NCBI GenBank assembly: GCA_951406725.2
Contig: OX597832.1
Location: forward strand, 39,680,001 to 39,744,000
Length of the DNA: 64,000 nt
Source: Octopus vulgaris
Lineage: Eukaryota
Direction: 5' to 3'
Shown: positions 1 to 13,942 of the stretch, piece after piece
Layout: each line of letters opens with the position of its first letter
Numbering within the stretch: position 1 is the first letter of the stretch
Notes under the pieces: generated by a model
Database searches by the model: none
Told to the model about the DNA's origin: nothing
The model's input: only the letters and a program-made list of their open reading frames with translations
Made by a program: the position numbers and the translations under genes

Positions 1-128
1 GTCATGTACTGGGGACACCTTATTTAACTTATCGCCTCACCCAAAATTTCTGGCCGTATGCTTATGTATGTTTGTCTGTATTGATGTATGTGAGTGAGTG
101 AATGAGTGAATGAGTGGTAGACGGAAAT

Positions 129-168
<40 letters not shown>

Positions 169-214
169 GTGTGTGGTTGTGTCTGTGTTTGTCTCCTACA
201 CACACACACACACA

Positions 215-380
215 TATATATACAATTTCCGTCTACCAAATCAACTCACAAGGTTTTGGTCGGCCCGAGGCCCGAGGCTGTAGTAGAAGACAAATATCCG
301 AGGTTCCACACATTGGGACTGAACCCAGAACCATGTGGTTGGTAAGCAAGTCTCTTACCCCCACAGCTACGCTTGCGGCT
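215..380 (-). mobile_element. SINE family B, partial (tRNA-like head and central part)
   Basis: Matches the copies at 1303-1705 and 6818-7221 (tttccgtctaccaaatc...gggactgaaccc.gaaccatgtggttggt). Confidence 0.85.
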
Positions 381-489
381 ACTTATTTGTTTGCAACAAC
401 GGTGTTGGTCAAGTGTTACATATTTGTGCAGCAAATTGTAAAATGTGTTTCAAATATATTTTGGAAGAATATGTTTTATTTAACATTAC

Positions 490-887
490 GTGGAGGCGCA
501 ATGGCCCAGTGGTTAGGGCAGCGGACTCGCGGTCATAGGATCGCGGTTTCGATTCCCAGACCGGGCGTTGTGAGTGTTTATTGAGCGAAAACACCTAAAA
601 GTTCCACGAGGTTCCGGCAGGGGATGGTGGTGATCCCTGCTGTACTCTTTCACCACAACTTTCTCTCTCACTCTTACTTCCTTTTCTCTGTTGTACCTGT
701 ATTTCAAAGGGCCGGCCTTGTCACTCTCTGTGTCACGCTGAATATCCCCGAGAACTACGTTATGGGTTCACGTGTCTGTGGAGTGCTCAGCCACTCACAC
801 GTTAATTTCACGAGCAGGCTGTTCCGTTGATCGGATCAACTGAAACCCTCATCGTCGTAACCGACGGAGTGCTTCCATCATCATCCA
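490..887 (+). mobile_element. Full-length tRNA-derived SINE family C with (CAT)n tail and 85-bp flanking direct repeat
   Basis: A-box tggcccagtgg and B-box-like ggtttcgattccc; tail ...cgtcgtaaccgacggagtgcttccatcatcatc; flanked by 405-489 and 888-972 (2 mismatches). Confidence 0.9.
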
Positions 888-1302
888 TTGGTCAAGTGTT
901 ACATATTTGTGCAGCAAATTGTAAATTGTGTATCAAATATATTTTGGAAGAATATGTTTTATTTAACATTACATCCGCACTTTTTGGCAAGAAGCATAAA
1001 ACACAGAAAGTGCGCAAGTTCTGATGGACAGCAAATACCATAAATTAGATAACGTCGTAAATTTCTAAGGAAATATCAAAAAATGCAAGAGCAGAAATTT
1101 ATCTTTATCTATTTTAGTAACAAATAAAGTTTATTTCAGTCTGTTTGAATCTGTTTCTTTTACAAATTCTCAAAGAAGCAAACTTTATTATGGTTTATTC
1201 CAACGTAATAAATAATAATGTTCAAGGATTTATTACGATGTATTACTATACGTTATATTCATATAAAATATTATATTTCATGTATCGTACAAGGTACATG
1301 TA

Positions 1303-1705
1303 TTACTCTTTTACTCTTTTACTTGTTTCAGTCATTTGACTGCGGCCATGCTGGAGCACCGCTTTTAGTCGAGCAAATCGACCCCGGGACTTATTCTTTG
1401 TAAGCCCAGTCCTTATTCTATCGGTCTCTTTCGCCGAACCGCTAAGTGACGGGGATGTAAACACACCAGCATCGGTTGTCAAGCAATGCTAGGGGGACAA
1501 ACACAGACACACAAACATATACACACACACTTATATATATATATACATATATACGACGGGCTTCTTTCAGTTTCCGTCTACCAAATCCATTCACGGGGCT
1601 ATAGCAGAAGATACTTGCCCAAGATGCCTGCCACGCAGTGGGACTGAACCCGGAACCATGTGGTTGGTTAGCAAGCTACTTACCACACAGCCACTCCTGC
1701 GCCTA
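1303..1705 (-). mobile_element. SINE family B, near full length (internal CA/TA microsatellite, AGTAAAAG-type tail)
   Basis: Reverse strand has a tRNA-like head (ggagtggctgtgtggtaag...gggttcagtccc), a CORE-like ttgggcaagt motif and a tail ...gaaacaagtaaaagagtaaaagagta. Confidence 0.9.
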
Positions 1706-2269
1706 CAAAATAATAATGTTAAGAAAATATATTATAACGAAATTCTTAATTGAAATGCCATCAGATGACCATTTTGAAAGCGGACGCTAGTCGACTACGG
1801 CGCCTCAAGTACTCGACTAATACTTCTTTTATTGACCCCGAAAGTCGACCTCGGCGAAATATTTTACACATAGGTAAAATCTGGATTTTATCATTTAATT
1901 TGCACTCTCAGGATTTCGAGACTCGAAACAAATATGCCTTGTAAGCACCAGCTTACAATATAAACCTACTCTACGTTATTGAATATTTCGCCTTAAATTC
2001 CGGATACCCAAAAGAAAGATATTTTGCAACATCTTATTCACGTATTCACTTGAGATGCAGCACGAAGCTTTGTCAGTGAACAGGTCGCGGTCTCAAAGCG
2101 ACGAAAATATTTTGACAAATTAAATTTAAATGTTGAAGTGAATCTAACGGTTTTTGTGTGTTTCTTAAATGGCTTATAAACACCTTCCACGCTGCAATTG
2201 TTTTCGTTCCAGCACACGATCTCAGATCAAAACACTAGCTATGCAAGTACATCTCCGTTATTCACTTAG

Positions 2270-3071
2270 TCTTATATGTTTACCATTTTATCGCCTTCAG
2301 AATATTCTCCAATGCATCGGCTCAAACACGTTTTATGCTGCTCGAAACAGTCCTGGAACTCTTGCGAAGTGATACCTTTTAATGTCTCCGTCGCTTTTTT
2401 TCTTCACCTCTTCCATATCTGCAAAACGTTTTCGTGTGAGGCCTTTTTTATTAGGGGGAACAAAAAAAAGAGTCGCAGAGAGCAAGATTGGGTGACTGCT
2501 TTTGATCTTCTGAGCAAGCCATGTACAAATTTTATTGCAACTCTTTTCATTCGCAATTCTTCGTCCAAAATTCGTTAGCAGCAGATCCAGGGCACACCAG
2601 TCGTGTAAATTGTTCGGCGACGGTCCTCCAAGACCAGTTAATGAATTTTCGTGATGTTTTCCTACGTTCGGGAGGTCGACAGTCACCCTTAACGAAGTTG
2701 GTCTTCAAGCGACAAGTGGCAATTCATAAAACGTGACCACCACTCGTAAACTTGCATTTTGCTCATGGCAGCGTCCTTGTAAGCTGTTTGAAGCATGATA
2801 ACTGTTTCGGTCGCCGTTTTCCCTAACAGAAAACAGAATTTCACGGAAGCACGCTATTACTTCGTTTCAGCCATCGCAAAAACGGGCGAACATGGAAGAA
2901 GCACTGCAAAACATAGACGCAACACGTGCAGTACGACCTCACTGGACGACGCCAGTCACAGACTGATGCCTGCGGGTCGCATCAAGTGGCTTCTTGCGGC
3001 GGAAGCCTGAACTGCAAGGGGCTTGTCCTACAGAGAACGTTTCCGGTTACTTTTGGCTACCTTCTCGTATA
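2270..3071 (-). pseudogene. Decayed, internally deleted Tc1/mariner transposon
   Basis: Minus-strand peptide ...RKRFADMEEVKKK... continuing (with frameshift) ...QEFQDCFEQ...RCIGEYSEG resembles a mariner transposase C-terminus; a TA+cgag...ccaaaagtaaccgg TIR-like end lies at ~3040-3071. Confidence 0.75.
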
Positions 3072-4261
3072 TGTTTTAGAAAGATCTAAAGATTTGCAAG
3101 TTCATATCATTCCAGGAAATACTAACGTAAAATTAGATGCAACGAAACGTGCAGCTCTGTGTTAAATGTTAGTTGTTAATCCTTAAGCCACATAATAAGG
3201 TCAAATCCTGTTCTTCTGAACTATACGACGTTTTGGCGCAGACGTTTTGGTGTCGCTGGTTCAATGCTGACTTACTTGACATCAAACGTTCTGTTTTCTC
3301 TCTCTCTCTTTCTTTCTCTCTTTCTCTCTCTCTCTCCTTCTTTTTCGGTTTCTTTCTCTCTCTGTTCCTCTCTCTTACTAACTCTCACTCTCGCCCTTCC
3401 TTTCCCCCTCTCTCTCTCTCTTTCTCTTGCTCTTTGTGTATGTGTGTGAGCATATTTCTCCTTATGTGCATGAGGAGAGGAAAAGTGTCAAATGAACTGT
3501 AATGTCTCTCTTTCTCCTCCTCTTTCTCTCCCCCCTCTCTCTCTCTCTCTCTTTCTAGCTATCTGTATGTGCATAATTCTGCACACACGTGAGTGTGTTT
3601 GTGTCTGAGTGCTTGTGTGTGAGTGTGTGCTTGTGCTTGTGCTTGTGTGTGTGTGTGTCTGTCTGAGTGTGTATGTGTGTGTATGCGTATGTGTGTCTGA
3701 GTGCTTGTATGTGAGTGTGTGTTTGTGCTTGTGTGTTTGTGTGTGTGTCTGTCTGATTGTGCGTATGTGTGTCTGAGTGTGTGTGTGTGAGTGTGTCTGT
3801 ATGTGTGTGTGCGCGCGGCGTGTTTCAAGTGCCGAAATGTAATTGACGCCAAAATAGGTTGAATATCCAATCAGCGTTGCTAAATTGTCAACATCCAAAC
3901 AGCCAATCATTTCATTCCAATTCTTCTTCTACTTGAGCAAAACGCATAAAGACATATTCTCGGTAAAAAAAAAACAAAAAAAAATCTAATATTTCAATAC
4001 GCCTACGTAAAACAAACTCTGAAAGAAGAGAATCCTTACTTCAAATTCAGAATTTCTATGTCTTAAGCGACCGGAATTTACGCAAACAAGAATTTTCTTA
4101 TGTTTGTATCAAAGTAACTAATGACGTCATTATCTTTGATGTTATTTAGTCCCCAAGTTAGCCCTGCTTCAGCAGAAATATAATCAAATGCATTTCAAAT
4201 ATGAACAGCCAGTTAGTTTGTTTTTTTTTTCTTATATTTATTATTTCCCCGTGTGTTGTGA

Positions 4262-5100
4262 GACGGTAGATTCGTTAGCATGCCGGGCAAAATGCTTAGC
4301 CTCATTTCGTCTGTCTTTATGCTCTGAGTTCAAATTCCGCCGAGGTCGACTTTACCTTTCATCCTTTCGGGGGGGTTGATAAAATAAGTATTCTTCTCTA
4401 CTCTAGGCACAAGGCCCGAAATTTTAGGGAAGGGGACCAGTCGATTACATCGAATCCAGTACGCCACCACTGGTACTTAACTTATCGACCCCGAACGGAT
4501 GGAAGGCAAAGTCGACATCGGCGGAATTTGAACTCGAACGTAAAGAGATGCGAAATACCTATTTCTTTACTGCTCACAAGGGGCTAAACACAGAGAGGAC
4601 AACCAAGGACAGACAAACGGATTAAGTCGATTACATCGACCCCTGTGCGTAACTAGTACTTAATTTATCGACCCTGAAAGGATGAAAGGCAAAGTCGACC
4701 TCGGTGGAATTTGAACTCAGAACGTAACGGCAGACGATATACCGCTTAGCATTTCGCCCGGGGTGTGCTAACGTTTCTGCCAGCTCGCCGCCTTGATAAA
4801 ATAAGTATTAGTTGAACACAGGAGTCAATGTAATCGACTTACCGCCTCCCCCGAAATCGCTGGCATGGTACCAAACATCGGAATCAATATCAAAGACCAC
4901 AGTGAAGGCGGCGAACTGGCAGAACCTTTAGCACGACGGGCAAGATGCCTTAGCGTCATTTCGTCTGTCTTTATGTTCTGAGTTCAAATTTTGTCGATGT
5001 CGACTTTACCGTTCATCCTTCCGTTCCGGGGGTGGATGTAATCGACTTAGCCCCTCCCCCAAAAATTGCTGGCCTTGTGCTGAAAATTGGAACAATATTA
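4262..5100. mobile_element. Nested cluster of SINE family A copies: a minus-strand dimer (~4395-4793) inside a plus copy, followed by another plus copy (~4905-5100)
   Basis: Repeated ctgagttcaaattccgccgaggtcgactttgcctttcatcctttcggggtcgataa motif in both orientations; ttgataaaataagtatt occurs on both sides of the minus insert. Confidence 0.85.
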
Positions 5101-5479
5101 AAGACCATAGCTGTAACAACTTTTTGCTTTGTTTTGCTTTGTTTCTTTCTTGTCCCTTTTATTCCATTCCGTAATAGATTTTTGTATTGAAACTCCCCCA
5201 CCTTCTGACCCTCACTTCCATTTTGTTTCGTTTTGTTTGCGTTGTTGTTGTTGTTGTTGTTTTGCTTTGCTTTGTTTTTTATGTTCTTTTATGTTTCCCT
5301 TATCAGTTTATCGTTGTTGCTGCAATCATCTGCCAATAAATATATACTTGAAGGAAAAATAAATAACTAAAAACAAGATATGGCCATCACATCAGATTAC
5401 AATATTATCTTTTATATTTATTTATTTATCTAATTAGTGTATGTTGCTAATCCTATGTTTATTCATTGTTCACGGTTGC

Positions 5480-5647
5480 GACTACTACTACTACTACTAC
5501 AACTACTACTACTACTACTATTACTACTACTACTACTACTACTACTAATACTAATACTACTAATACTAATACTAATACTAATACTACTAATACTTCTACT
5601 ACTACTACTACTACAAATACTAAAACTACTACTACTAATACTACTAC

Positions 5648-5686
<39 letters not shown>

Positions 5687-5693
5687 CAACAAC

Positions 5694-5769
<76 letters not shown>

Positions 5770-5997
5770 CGGCGAGCTGGCAGAAACGTTAGCACGCCAG
5801 GCGAGATGCTTAGCGGCATTTCGTCTGCGGTTACGTTCTGAGTTCAAATTCCGCCGAGGTCGACTTTGCCTTTCATCCTTTCGGGGGTCGATAAATTAAG
5901 TACCAGTTACGCACTGGGGTCGATGTAATCGACTTAATCCGTTTAAAAGGCGGCGGAGCTGGCAGTAACGTTAGCACGCGGTGGCGGTAGTAGTAGC

Positions 5998-6046
<49 letters not shown>

Positions 6047-6048
6047 CC

Positions 6049-6110
<62 letters not shown>

Positions 6111-6132
6111 CAATAGTAGTAGTAGTAGTAGT
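5480..6132. repeat. (ACT)n-(AAT)n-(ATT)n microsatellites, a SINE A copy (5768-5945, +) and an (AGT)n run
   Basis: Direct reading of the sequence. Confidence 0.9.
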
Positions 6133-6309
6133 ATATACAGATTCCAATTCCGCTGGCACGGAGATAATTACGTAGTCAAGATACTTCCATAATTTCATGA
6201 CTTTAAGGCTTCTTGAATTGCAATCTTTCCTCTTTCTCGCCATTCGAGATAAAAGTCGCCATTGTATATCTATACATATGCGAGTGTATGCGCGTGTGTG
6301 TGTGTGTAC

Positions 6310-6350
<41 letters not shown>

Positions 6351-6769
6351 CGTGTGTATCTATCTATATGTATGTACGTATGCATGTATGCATACATGCA
6401 TACATATATACATACATACATACACATACACACAAACACACACGCTCACATATGCATAGGTGTATATATATCTATATATATATATATACATGCATATGTA
6501 CATATATATATACATATGTACGTACACATATATGCATACATATATACATATATATATACATACACACACACACACATATACATATATACACACATATAGA
6601 TACACATATATGCATATATATATATATACATATATATACAAATATTAATATATACATATATGTGTGTGTTTGAGTATAGGTATGTATATATACATATGTA
6701 TTAAATGTTCTCCGTATTTATCGCTTTTTCTCAGTCTATCTGTCTATCTTTCTCGGTCTCTCTTCCTGT

Positions 6770-6817
<48 letters not shown>

Positions 6818-6819
<2 letters not shown>

Positions 6820-7221
6820 TCTTTTTTACTCTTTTACTTGTTTCAGTCATTTGACTGCGGCCATGCTGGAGCACCGCCTTTAGTCGAGCAAATCGACCCC
6901 GGGACTTATTCTTTGTAGGCCCAGTACTTATTCTATCGGTCTCTTTTTGCCGAACCGCTAGGTGACGGGTACGTAAACACACCAGCATCGGTTGTCAAGC
7001 AATGCTAGGGGGACAAACACAGACACACAAACACACACACACATATATATATATACATATATACGACAGGCTTCTTTCAGTTTCCGTCTACCAAATCCAC
7101 TCACAAGGCATTGGTCGGCCCGAGGCTATAGTAGAAGACACTTACCCAAGGTGCCACGCAGTGGGACTGAACCCGGAACCATGTGGTTGGTTAGCAAGCC
7201 ACTTACCACACAGCCACTCCT
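6818..7221 (-). mobile_element. SINE family B, full length
   Basis: Near-identical to 1303-1705 and to the reverse complement of 15120-15540. Confidence 0.92.
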
Positions 7222-7241
7222 ATATATATTGTATGCATATA

Positions 7242-7382
7242 TTAGGTTGTCCCAAAAGTTCGTAAACACTTGCGAAAATTGAATTTTTACTCGCCAAGTA
7301 CTAACAAAAACAACAAAAATTATTCCTCAAAATAAAGACCATTATTTTCCAAGACTTTCTACGAACTTTTGGGACAACTTTA
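7242..7382. mobile_element. Mariner-type MITE (~141 bp)
   Basis: TIRs ttaggttgtcccaaaagttcgta / tacgaacttttgggacaacttta, with TA on both sides. Confidence 0.8.
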
Positions 7383-7406
7383 TATTATGTATCTTTACAT
7401 GTACAA

Positions 7407-7469
<63 letters not shown>

Positions 7470-7570
7470 TAGATATATATATAATATATATGTATATATA
7501 TATATATATATAGATATATATATATATATACATATATATGTATATATATATATATATATCTACATATACA

Positions 7571-7668
<98 letters not shown>

Positions 7669-7896
7669 GCATGTAGATATGTACATGTAGATATGTGTGT
7701 GTGAATTTATGTTTAAATGCATGTATACCTATCTACTTCATTCCTACACAAACATACACAAGGTGTATGCATTATTTTCATTCGTATTTTTTCCTACATC
7801 TCTTATGTGTGCATTTGAGGGTATATTTGTATAGATACATATGCGCAAGTCATATATATATACACATATATATATATTCATACGTACATATGTATG

Positions 7897-8001
<105 letters not shown>

Positions 8002-8078
8002 GCATACACATTCGCAAGCAGACACATATATGTTTACACACATACACACACACACACATAAATATATATACATACATA

Positions 8079-8111
<33 letters not shown>

Positions 8112-8231
8112 GCATATATGCATCAACGAGATGTATTTATATGAGTAAGTTTATCTGTTTATTTGCATGAATGTGTGTGTGTCTCTGTGTGTGCATGTGT
8201 GTGCGTGTGTGTGTGTGTCTGTATGTGTGTG

Positions 8232-8287
<56 letters not shown>

Positions 8288-8638
8288 AAACCTGCTCTGG
8301 GATTAAACCTCGAAAGTAGAAGCGAAAAAGATTAAAGTTTAATTAAATGTTTCAAAAGACAGATATAACCAAAAAAATTCCATTACTTTTAAAACACACA
8401 CGCGTATGTTTGTTTGTCTGTGTGTATGTGTGTGCCTCTGTGTATGTGCGCGTGTGTGTTTGTGGATGCGCAATGTAGAATTGGGTAGATAAATTAACAC
8501 ACGCACACACTGGTGACCGTCTGTTTTTACACTCGAAGAAAAACGTTCTCAATAAATCAAAGAAATTGTGTGTCTATCTTATTAGAAGTTTCTTGAATCG
8601 GAACTTCACATCGCCGATTATTCAAACTGTGTGTGTGT

Positions 8639-8680
<42 letters not shown>

Positions 8681-8730
8681 CTTAGCGGTCGTGGGTTCGG
8701 CTTCCAGACCAATCAGCGCGTCGCATTTTT

Positions 8731-8940
<210 letters not shown>

Positions 8941-9794
8941 TTATATCGTTTATGTTCGTTTATGGAAAAGGTTTTTGGGTGAGCTCATAAAATGTTTTTT
9001 TTTTCTGGCTACCGCTTATCATCCCCATCGTCAAACATGCAATAATGGCTCCCCTTAAAAAAACCATGGATATTGCAAATTAAATTTGTAAAGTCCTATG
9101 GATAGGGAATACAGCCACAAAAATCGTGTGCTTTGTAGAAACGTGCGTAGCAAAGCATTAAAGTATTTATGAATTTGCATCCTAAAGTTTTCATCATGGC
9201 TAATAACCATCCCCTATATATATATATATATATATATATTTACAATATACATACAATATACTTAAATACTTGTATATATTATATACATATATATATATTT
9301 AATATATATGGTGTATGTATGTGTGTATGCGTGCAGGAGTGTATGTATGTAGAACAGAAAGCGTCAAAAACTTTAATGAGTAAAAGTACTGTTTCTAAAT
9401 CTACTGGTTTCACTTTTTCAAAGATATTCATCGTTTTGTAATTAATAATGATTTAATTTCATCACTGCTTAACTTGTTTTAGGCAATATTGTTTTAATAT
9501 AAAAGACAGATATTGACAGTACCAGGGGAAGTAATATATTTTTATCAACAGAACTAGAGGCAGTAATAGAATATTAATTTACTTCCATTAAGAATAGTGA
9601 TAAATATATATATATAAATTAATTAAGCGCACATATTTCCGCTATTTTTCAGAGATTAGTCTCTCTCTTTATCTGCTATGGTGTAAATGTACTGTATGTT
9701 TATAGTGTATAAATGAATACATCCACATTCATAGAAACATGTGTGTGAATGAATATACAAATATAAATGCATATATTAATATATGTTTATATAT

Positions 9795-10020
9795 ATTGTT
9801 ATATTTCGGAATGGTCATATTGCCAGTTTAGCCAATAAAAACACACGCACTATATATTTGGTGTTATTTTGCTTCAGTGATATTTATTTTTTACATTAAT
9901 CTTAATTTTATTTCGGCCAGAGTTCTTTCGTCACACTCCTGTGACCGCATCAGTGGTCCTTTGTTTTCTTCTTTCGTATTTGTGCCTCTCCTTACTAACC
10001 GTCATTTGCGCATGCTTATA
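9795..10020 (-). mobile_element. Penelope-like pseudo-LTR, family P1
   Basis: Other copies at 34064-34440, 51278-51600 and a diverged one at 60308-60860; carries a hammerhead motif followed by AATAAA; sits inverted against a GIY-YIG C-terminal fragment. Confidence 0.75.
9915..9959 (-). ncRNA. Minimal hammerhead ribozyme motif with core variant CUGAUGC
   Basis: Minus strand: ggacca CTGATGC g gtcac aggagt gtgac GAAA g aa CTC tggcc. Confidence 0.6.
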
Positions 10021-10025
10021 TCTCT

Positions 10026-10163
10026 ATAGAGATTAAGATATTGTCCACACATAGAACAGATGCAACAATTAGACAAATTACAGAAGCTACACATATAATA
10101 GAAAATAAACCTAGCCTGAATAGAAAACTAGAATGGAGCAATAGCACACACCACAACATATGA
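10026..10163 (+). pseudogene. C-terminus of a Penelope-like GIY-YIG endonuclease
   Basis: Manual translation IEIKILSTHRTDATIRQITEATHIIENKPSLNRKLEWSNSTHHNI* fits the PLE endonuclease end pattern KIL...R.I.EA..I....P.LNR. Confidence 0.75.
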
Positions 10164-10265
10164 CGATAGAGGATCCCGAAAACATAATAAATAAATACAC
10201 AGATAAATAAACGAATAGAAATGAATAACTATATATATATGTATATATATTTATGTATGTATATG

Positions 10266-10317
<52 letters not shown>

Positions 10318-10321
<4 letters not shown>

Positions 10322-10657
10322 AGGCGCATGGTTCAGTGGTTAGAGCGTCGAGCTTACGATCGTGAGGTTGTGAGCTCGAATCCCGGACCGGGCTGCGTGT
10401 TGTGTTCTTGAGCAAGGCACTTTATTTCACGTTGCTCCAGTTCACTCAGCTGTAGAAATGAGTTGCGACGTCACTGGTGCCAAGCTGTATCGACCTTTGT
10501 CTTTCCCTTGGATAACACTGGTGGCGTGGAGAGGGGAGGCTGGTATGCATGGGCGACTGCTGGTCTTCCATAAACAACCTTGCCCGGACTTGTGTCTAGG
10601 AGGGTAACTTTCTAGGTGCAATCCCATGGTCATTCATGACCGAAGGGGGTCTTTACC

Positions 10658-10662
<5 letters not shown>
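10318..10662 (+). mobile_element. tRNA-derived SINE family D, full length, inserted in (TA)n
   Basis: A-box tggttcagtgg, B-box-like agctcgaatccc, central ttgagcaaggcactttatttcac...cactcagctgtagaaatgag; second copy at 49781-50051. Confidence 0.88.
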
Positions 10663-10725
<63 letters not shown>

Positions 10726-10896
10726 TATATGTATGAATATTTGTGCGTATATATTTATAAATGCATATATAATTTAACGTATAGCTGCATATATATGTGT
10801 TTATATGAGTATATGTTTATATGTGTGTGTATGTGTGTGTGCGCGCGCGTGCGTTTGTATGTCTGTATTTTTCCCCATCATCGCCTGAGAACTGAT

Positions 10897-11071
10897 AGGT
10901 ATTTCGCCTGTCGCTACGTTCTGAATTCAAATTCCACGAGGTCGACTTTGCTTTTCATCCTTTTAGAGTCGATAAAATAAGTACCAGTTGCATACTGGGA
11001 TCGATGTAATCAACTCATCGCCGCCCCCCAAAATTGCTGCCCTTGTGGCAAAATTTGAAACCATTATTAAA

Positions 11072-11124
<53 letters not shown>

Positions 11125-11525
11125 CAAAAGGCGTCGAGCTGGCAGAATCGTTAGCACGCTGGACGAAATGCGTAGCCGTATTTCGTCTGCCGTTACGTTC
11201 TGAGTTCAAATTCCGCCGAGGTCGACTTTGCCTTTCATCCTTTCGGGGTCGATAAATAAAGTACCAGTTACGCACTGGGGTTGATGTAACCGACTTAATC
11301 CGTTTGTCTGTCCTTGTTTGTCTTCTCTGTGTTTAGCCCCTTGTGGGTAGTAAAGAAATAGGTATTTTGTCTGCCGTTACGTTCTGAGTTCAAATTCCGC
11401 CGATGCCGACTTTGCCTTTCATCCTTTCGAGCTCGATAAACTAAGTACCAGTTGAGTACCGAGGCCGATGTAATCGACTAGTCCCCTCTCCAAAAAGTTC
11501 AGACCTTGTGCTTTTAGTAGAAAGG
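10897..11525 (+). mobile_element. SINE A partial copy (10897-11065), (ATT)n, then a dimeric SINE A (11128-11525)
   Basis: Family A consensus motifs; the body is repeated after a ...aagaaataggtattt junction. Confidence 0.88.
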
Positions 11526-11711
11526 ATTATTATCATTATTGTTGTTGTTGTTGCTGCTGTTTTCTCTATCCGAGCAGGAAATTGCAAAAAAATTAGGAAT
11601 ATTTTCTTTATGGCATTCAGTACACACCCCGTCGATTTCATAATGTAAATTCATCCTACTGGCTTCTTTGTTATTTTCTCTTGGTTTCTTTTTGTCTCAA
11701 TTAGAAATACA

Positions 11712-11778
<67 letters not shown>

Positions 11779-11838
11779 ATCGAAACAGAGAGAATAAGAG
11801 AGAAACAGTAGAGGGAGAGAGAATATACATACATACAC

Positions 11839-11994
<156 letters not shown>

Positions 11995-12719
11995 CGCCTG
12001 TCCTTCTTGTTTCTGTTGCAAGATACTTGTCGCCATACTGATTGAAAAACTACACTGAGAAACTATTTCCTCAATAATTATATATTCTTTATTCCTATAT
12101 ATATTTTTTAAATTTATATTTGTCATTATATTACAATTTCCTAATATAATTTCCTTTAGTTTACTAATATTTTCCTTTTGTCAAAATCTCTTCTCTGTTT
12201 TGCGAATAGGAAAAAGTGAAAGCGCGTCCTATACCTCCAAAATTAACAGAAACCTTATAAGAACTAACTAAAGTATTATGAAATATTTCTCATGTCCAAC
12301 GAACAAGATTTTTTTTATTTTTTTAACGTGATGTAACCAATTTGATCGCGAAATCCCTGATGTGGTTTATATACTGAGGCAAATTAATTCAGTCTCGTAA
12401 AAATAATTTTCAAATGAAAGCAAGTTTAAACTAAAATTTTAATTGCTTTTATCAATGAAATCTTAAAATCATGTTTTAAGGCAAAACAATTCAATCCAAT
12501 AAAATAACATTAAAAACATTGCAAATATTAGAATTTCTGATTTTCATAAAATATCAAAATTATTTTTGGGTAATGTAAATGTTGACATAAAACATTAAAG
12601 TAGATTAAATGTTTATCAGATATTAAAATGTGTAAGGTCACGTGGTAAATTTTATAAATGTGTTAATATTATGCCAGTAATAGCTAGTAATGCCGCTAGA
12701 ACGGGTGTGTGTCCGTACA

Positions 12720-12773
<54 letters not shown>

Positions 12774-12779
12774 TAGATA

Positions 12780-13030
12780 TCTTCAACTTGTTTCAGTCAT
12801 TAGACTGCAGCCATGCTGGAACACCATCTTCAAGAGTTTTTGTCGAATGAATCACCTCCAGTATTTATTTTTTTTTCTCTTAAAGCCTGGAACGAATTTT
12901 ATCGATTTCCTTTTCCAAAGCGCTAAGTTACGGGGACGCAAACATACTAACACTAGTTGCCAACCGGTGGGAAAGGGGTACAAACTCAGATACAAAGACA
13001 CACACACACGCAAACACGTATATTAATATA

Positions 13031-13088
<58 letters not shown>

Positions 13089-13205
13089 CCAAAATTGCGA
13101 GGATGATCCGGTTCTTGACTGAAGATTGAAGGCTTCGAATGTCCCGTCCGTGTTTTTTGTATCGTCTCCTAAATGTTTTGCGTTCTTGTCCCAGTTTGTA
13201 TGTTT

Positions 13206-13269
<64 letters not shown>

Positions 13270-13425
13270 GACTTCTTTCAGTTTCTGTCTACCAAATCCA
13301 CTCATATGGTTTTGGTCGGTTTGAGGCTGTAAACGAAGACACCTGCTCAACGTGCCATGTAGTGGGACTGAACCCGGAACTATATCGTTGGGAAGCAAAC
13401 TTCTACCACACAGCCACTCCTGCGC
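12780..13425 (-). mobile_element. Diverged SINE B whose internal TA tract carries an insertion
   Basis: Tail half at 12780-13010 and head half at 13265-13425. Confidence 0.8.
13086..13210 (+). mobile_element. Diverged terminal fragment of the family forming the 845-bp array at 45692-48399
   Basis: cagccaaaattgcgaggatgatccggttcttgactgaagattgaaggcttcgaatgtcc aligns to the reverse complement of the array unit start; flanked by (TA)n on both sides. Confidence 0.8.
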
Positions 13426-13756
13426 CAATACATATACATATACATCTATATACATACGCACACGCGCACATGCATACACATACACTCACACAGCACACAC
13501 AGCTACACCCAAGCTCATGCCCATGCACACACACACACACACACTGTTGACAGACATCCTTTGGGGAGAAACGGATTAACGTTTGTCACTTTTGATTTTT
13601 AGAAGAGAATTGTATAATTGCTTCGTAGGAGGAGAAAGACCATTAATTTGGCAAGAGATTTTTTCTCGTTTTTGCGAAAACTCAAACTGTAAGATATTGT
13701 ATTTTTTATATTGTAGATTATTTTTTCGTGTGTGTGTGTCTGTGCATGGGTATGTG

Positions 13757-13942
13757 CGTGTACAATTATATTTGACATGTTCGTGCACACTCGTTCGGGG
13801 AAAAACTTTCGCTGCGGAAACTAATTCGGAGAAAAAAATTTCTTTATGGACAATGTGTGTGAAAGCATATCACTGGTTATGTATTATGTCATCGAACCGC
13901 AGGACGTATGTATTTCTGCGTCGTTACGCTTCATCAGTTACA
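13757..13942 (-). mobile_element. Old hammerhead-bearing repeat, family P2 (motif at 13898-13942)
   Basis: Minus strand: tgtaa CTGATGA a gcgt aacg acgc a GAAA tacatac GTC ctgcg; the rest aligns with 14232-14391 and with the reverse complement of 14509-14696. Confidence 0.65.

Noticed and set aside
114-238. Fold-back ggtagacggaaattgtata...(TG)n/(CA)n...tatacaatttccgtctacca
   Set aside because: Explained as a local inverted duplication of a SINE B segment; no evidence of function.
490-565. tRNA-like sequences here and at 10320, 15125 and 49785
   Set aside because: They are SINE heads attached to repeat bodies; I could not fold a complete cloverleaf with an acceptor stem.
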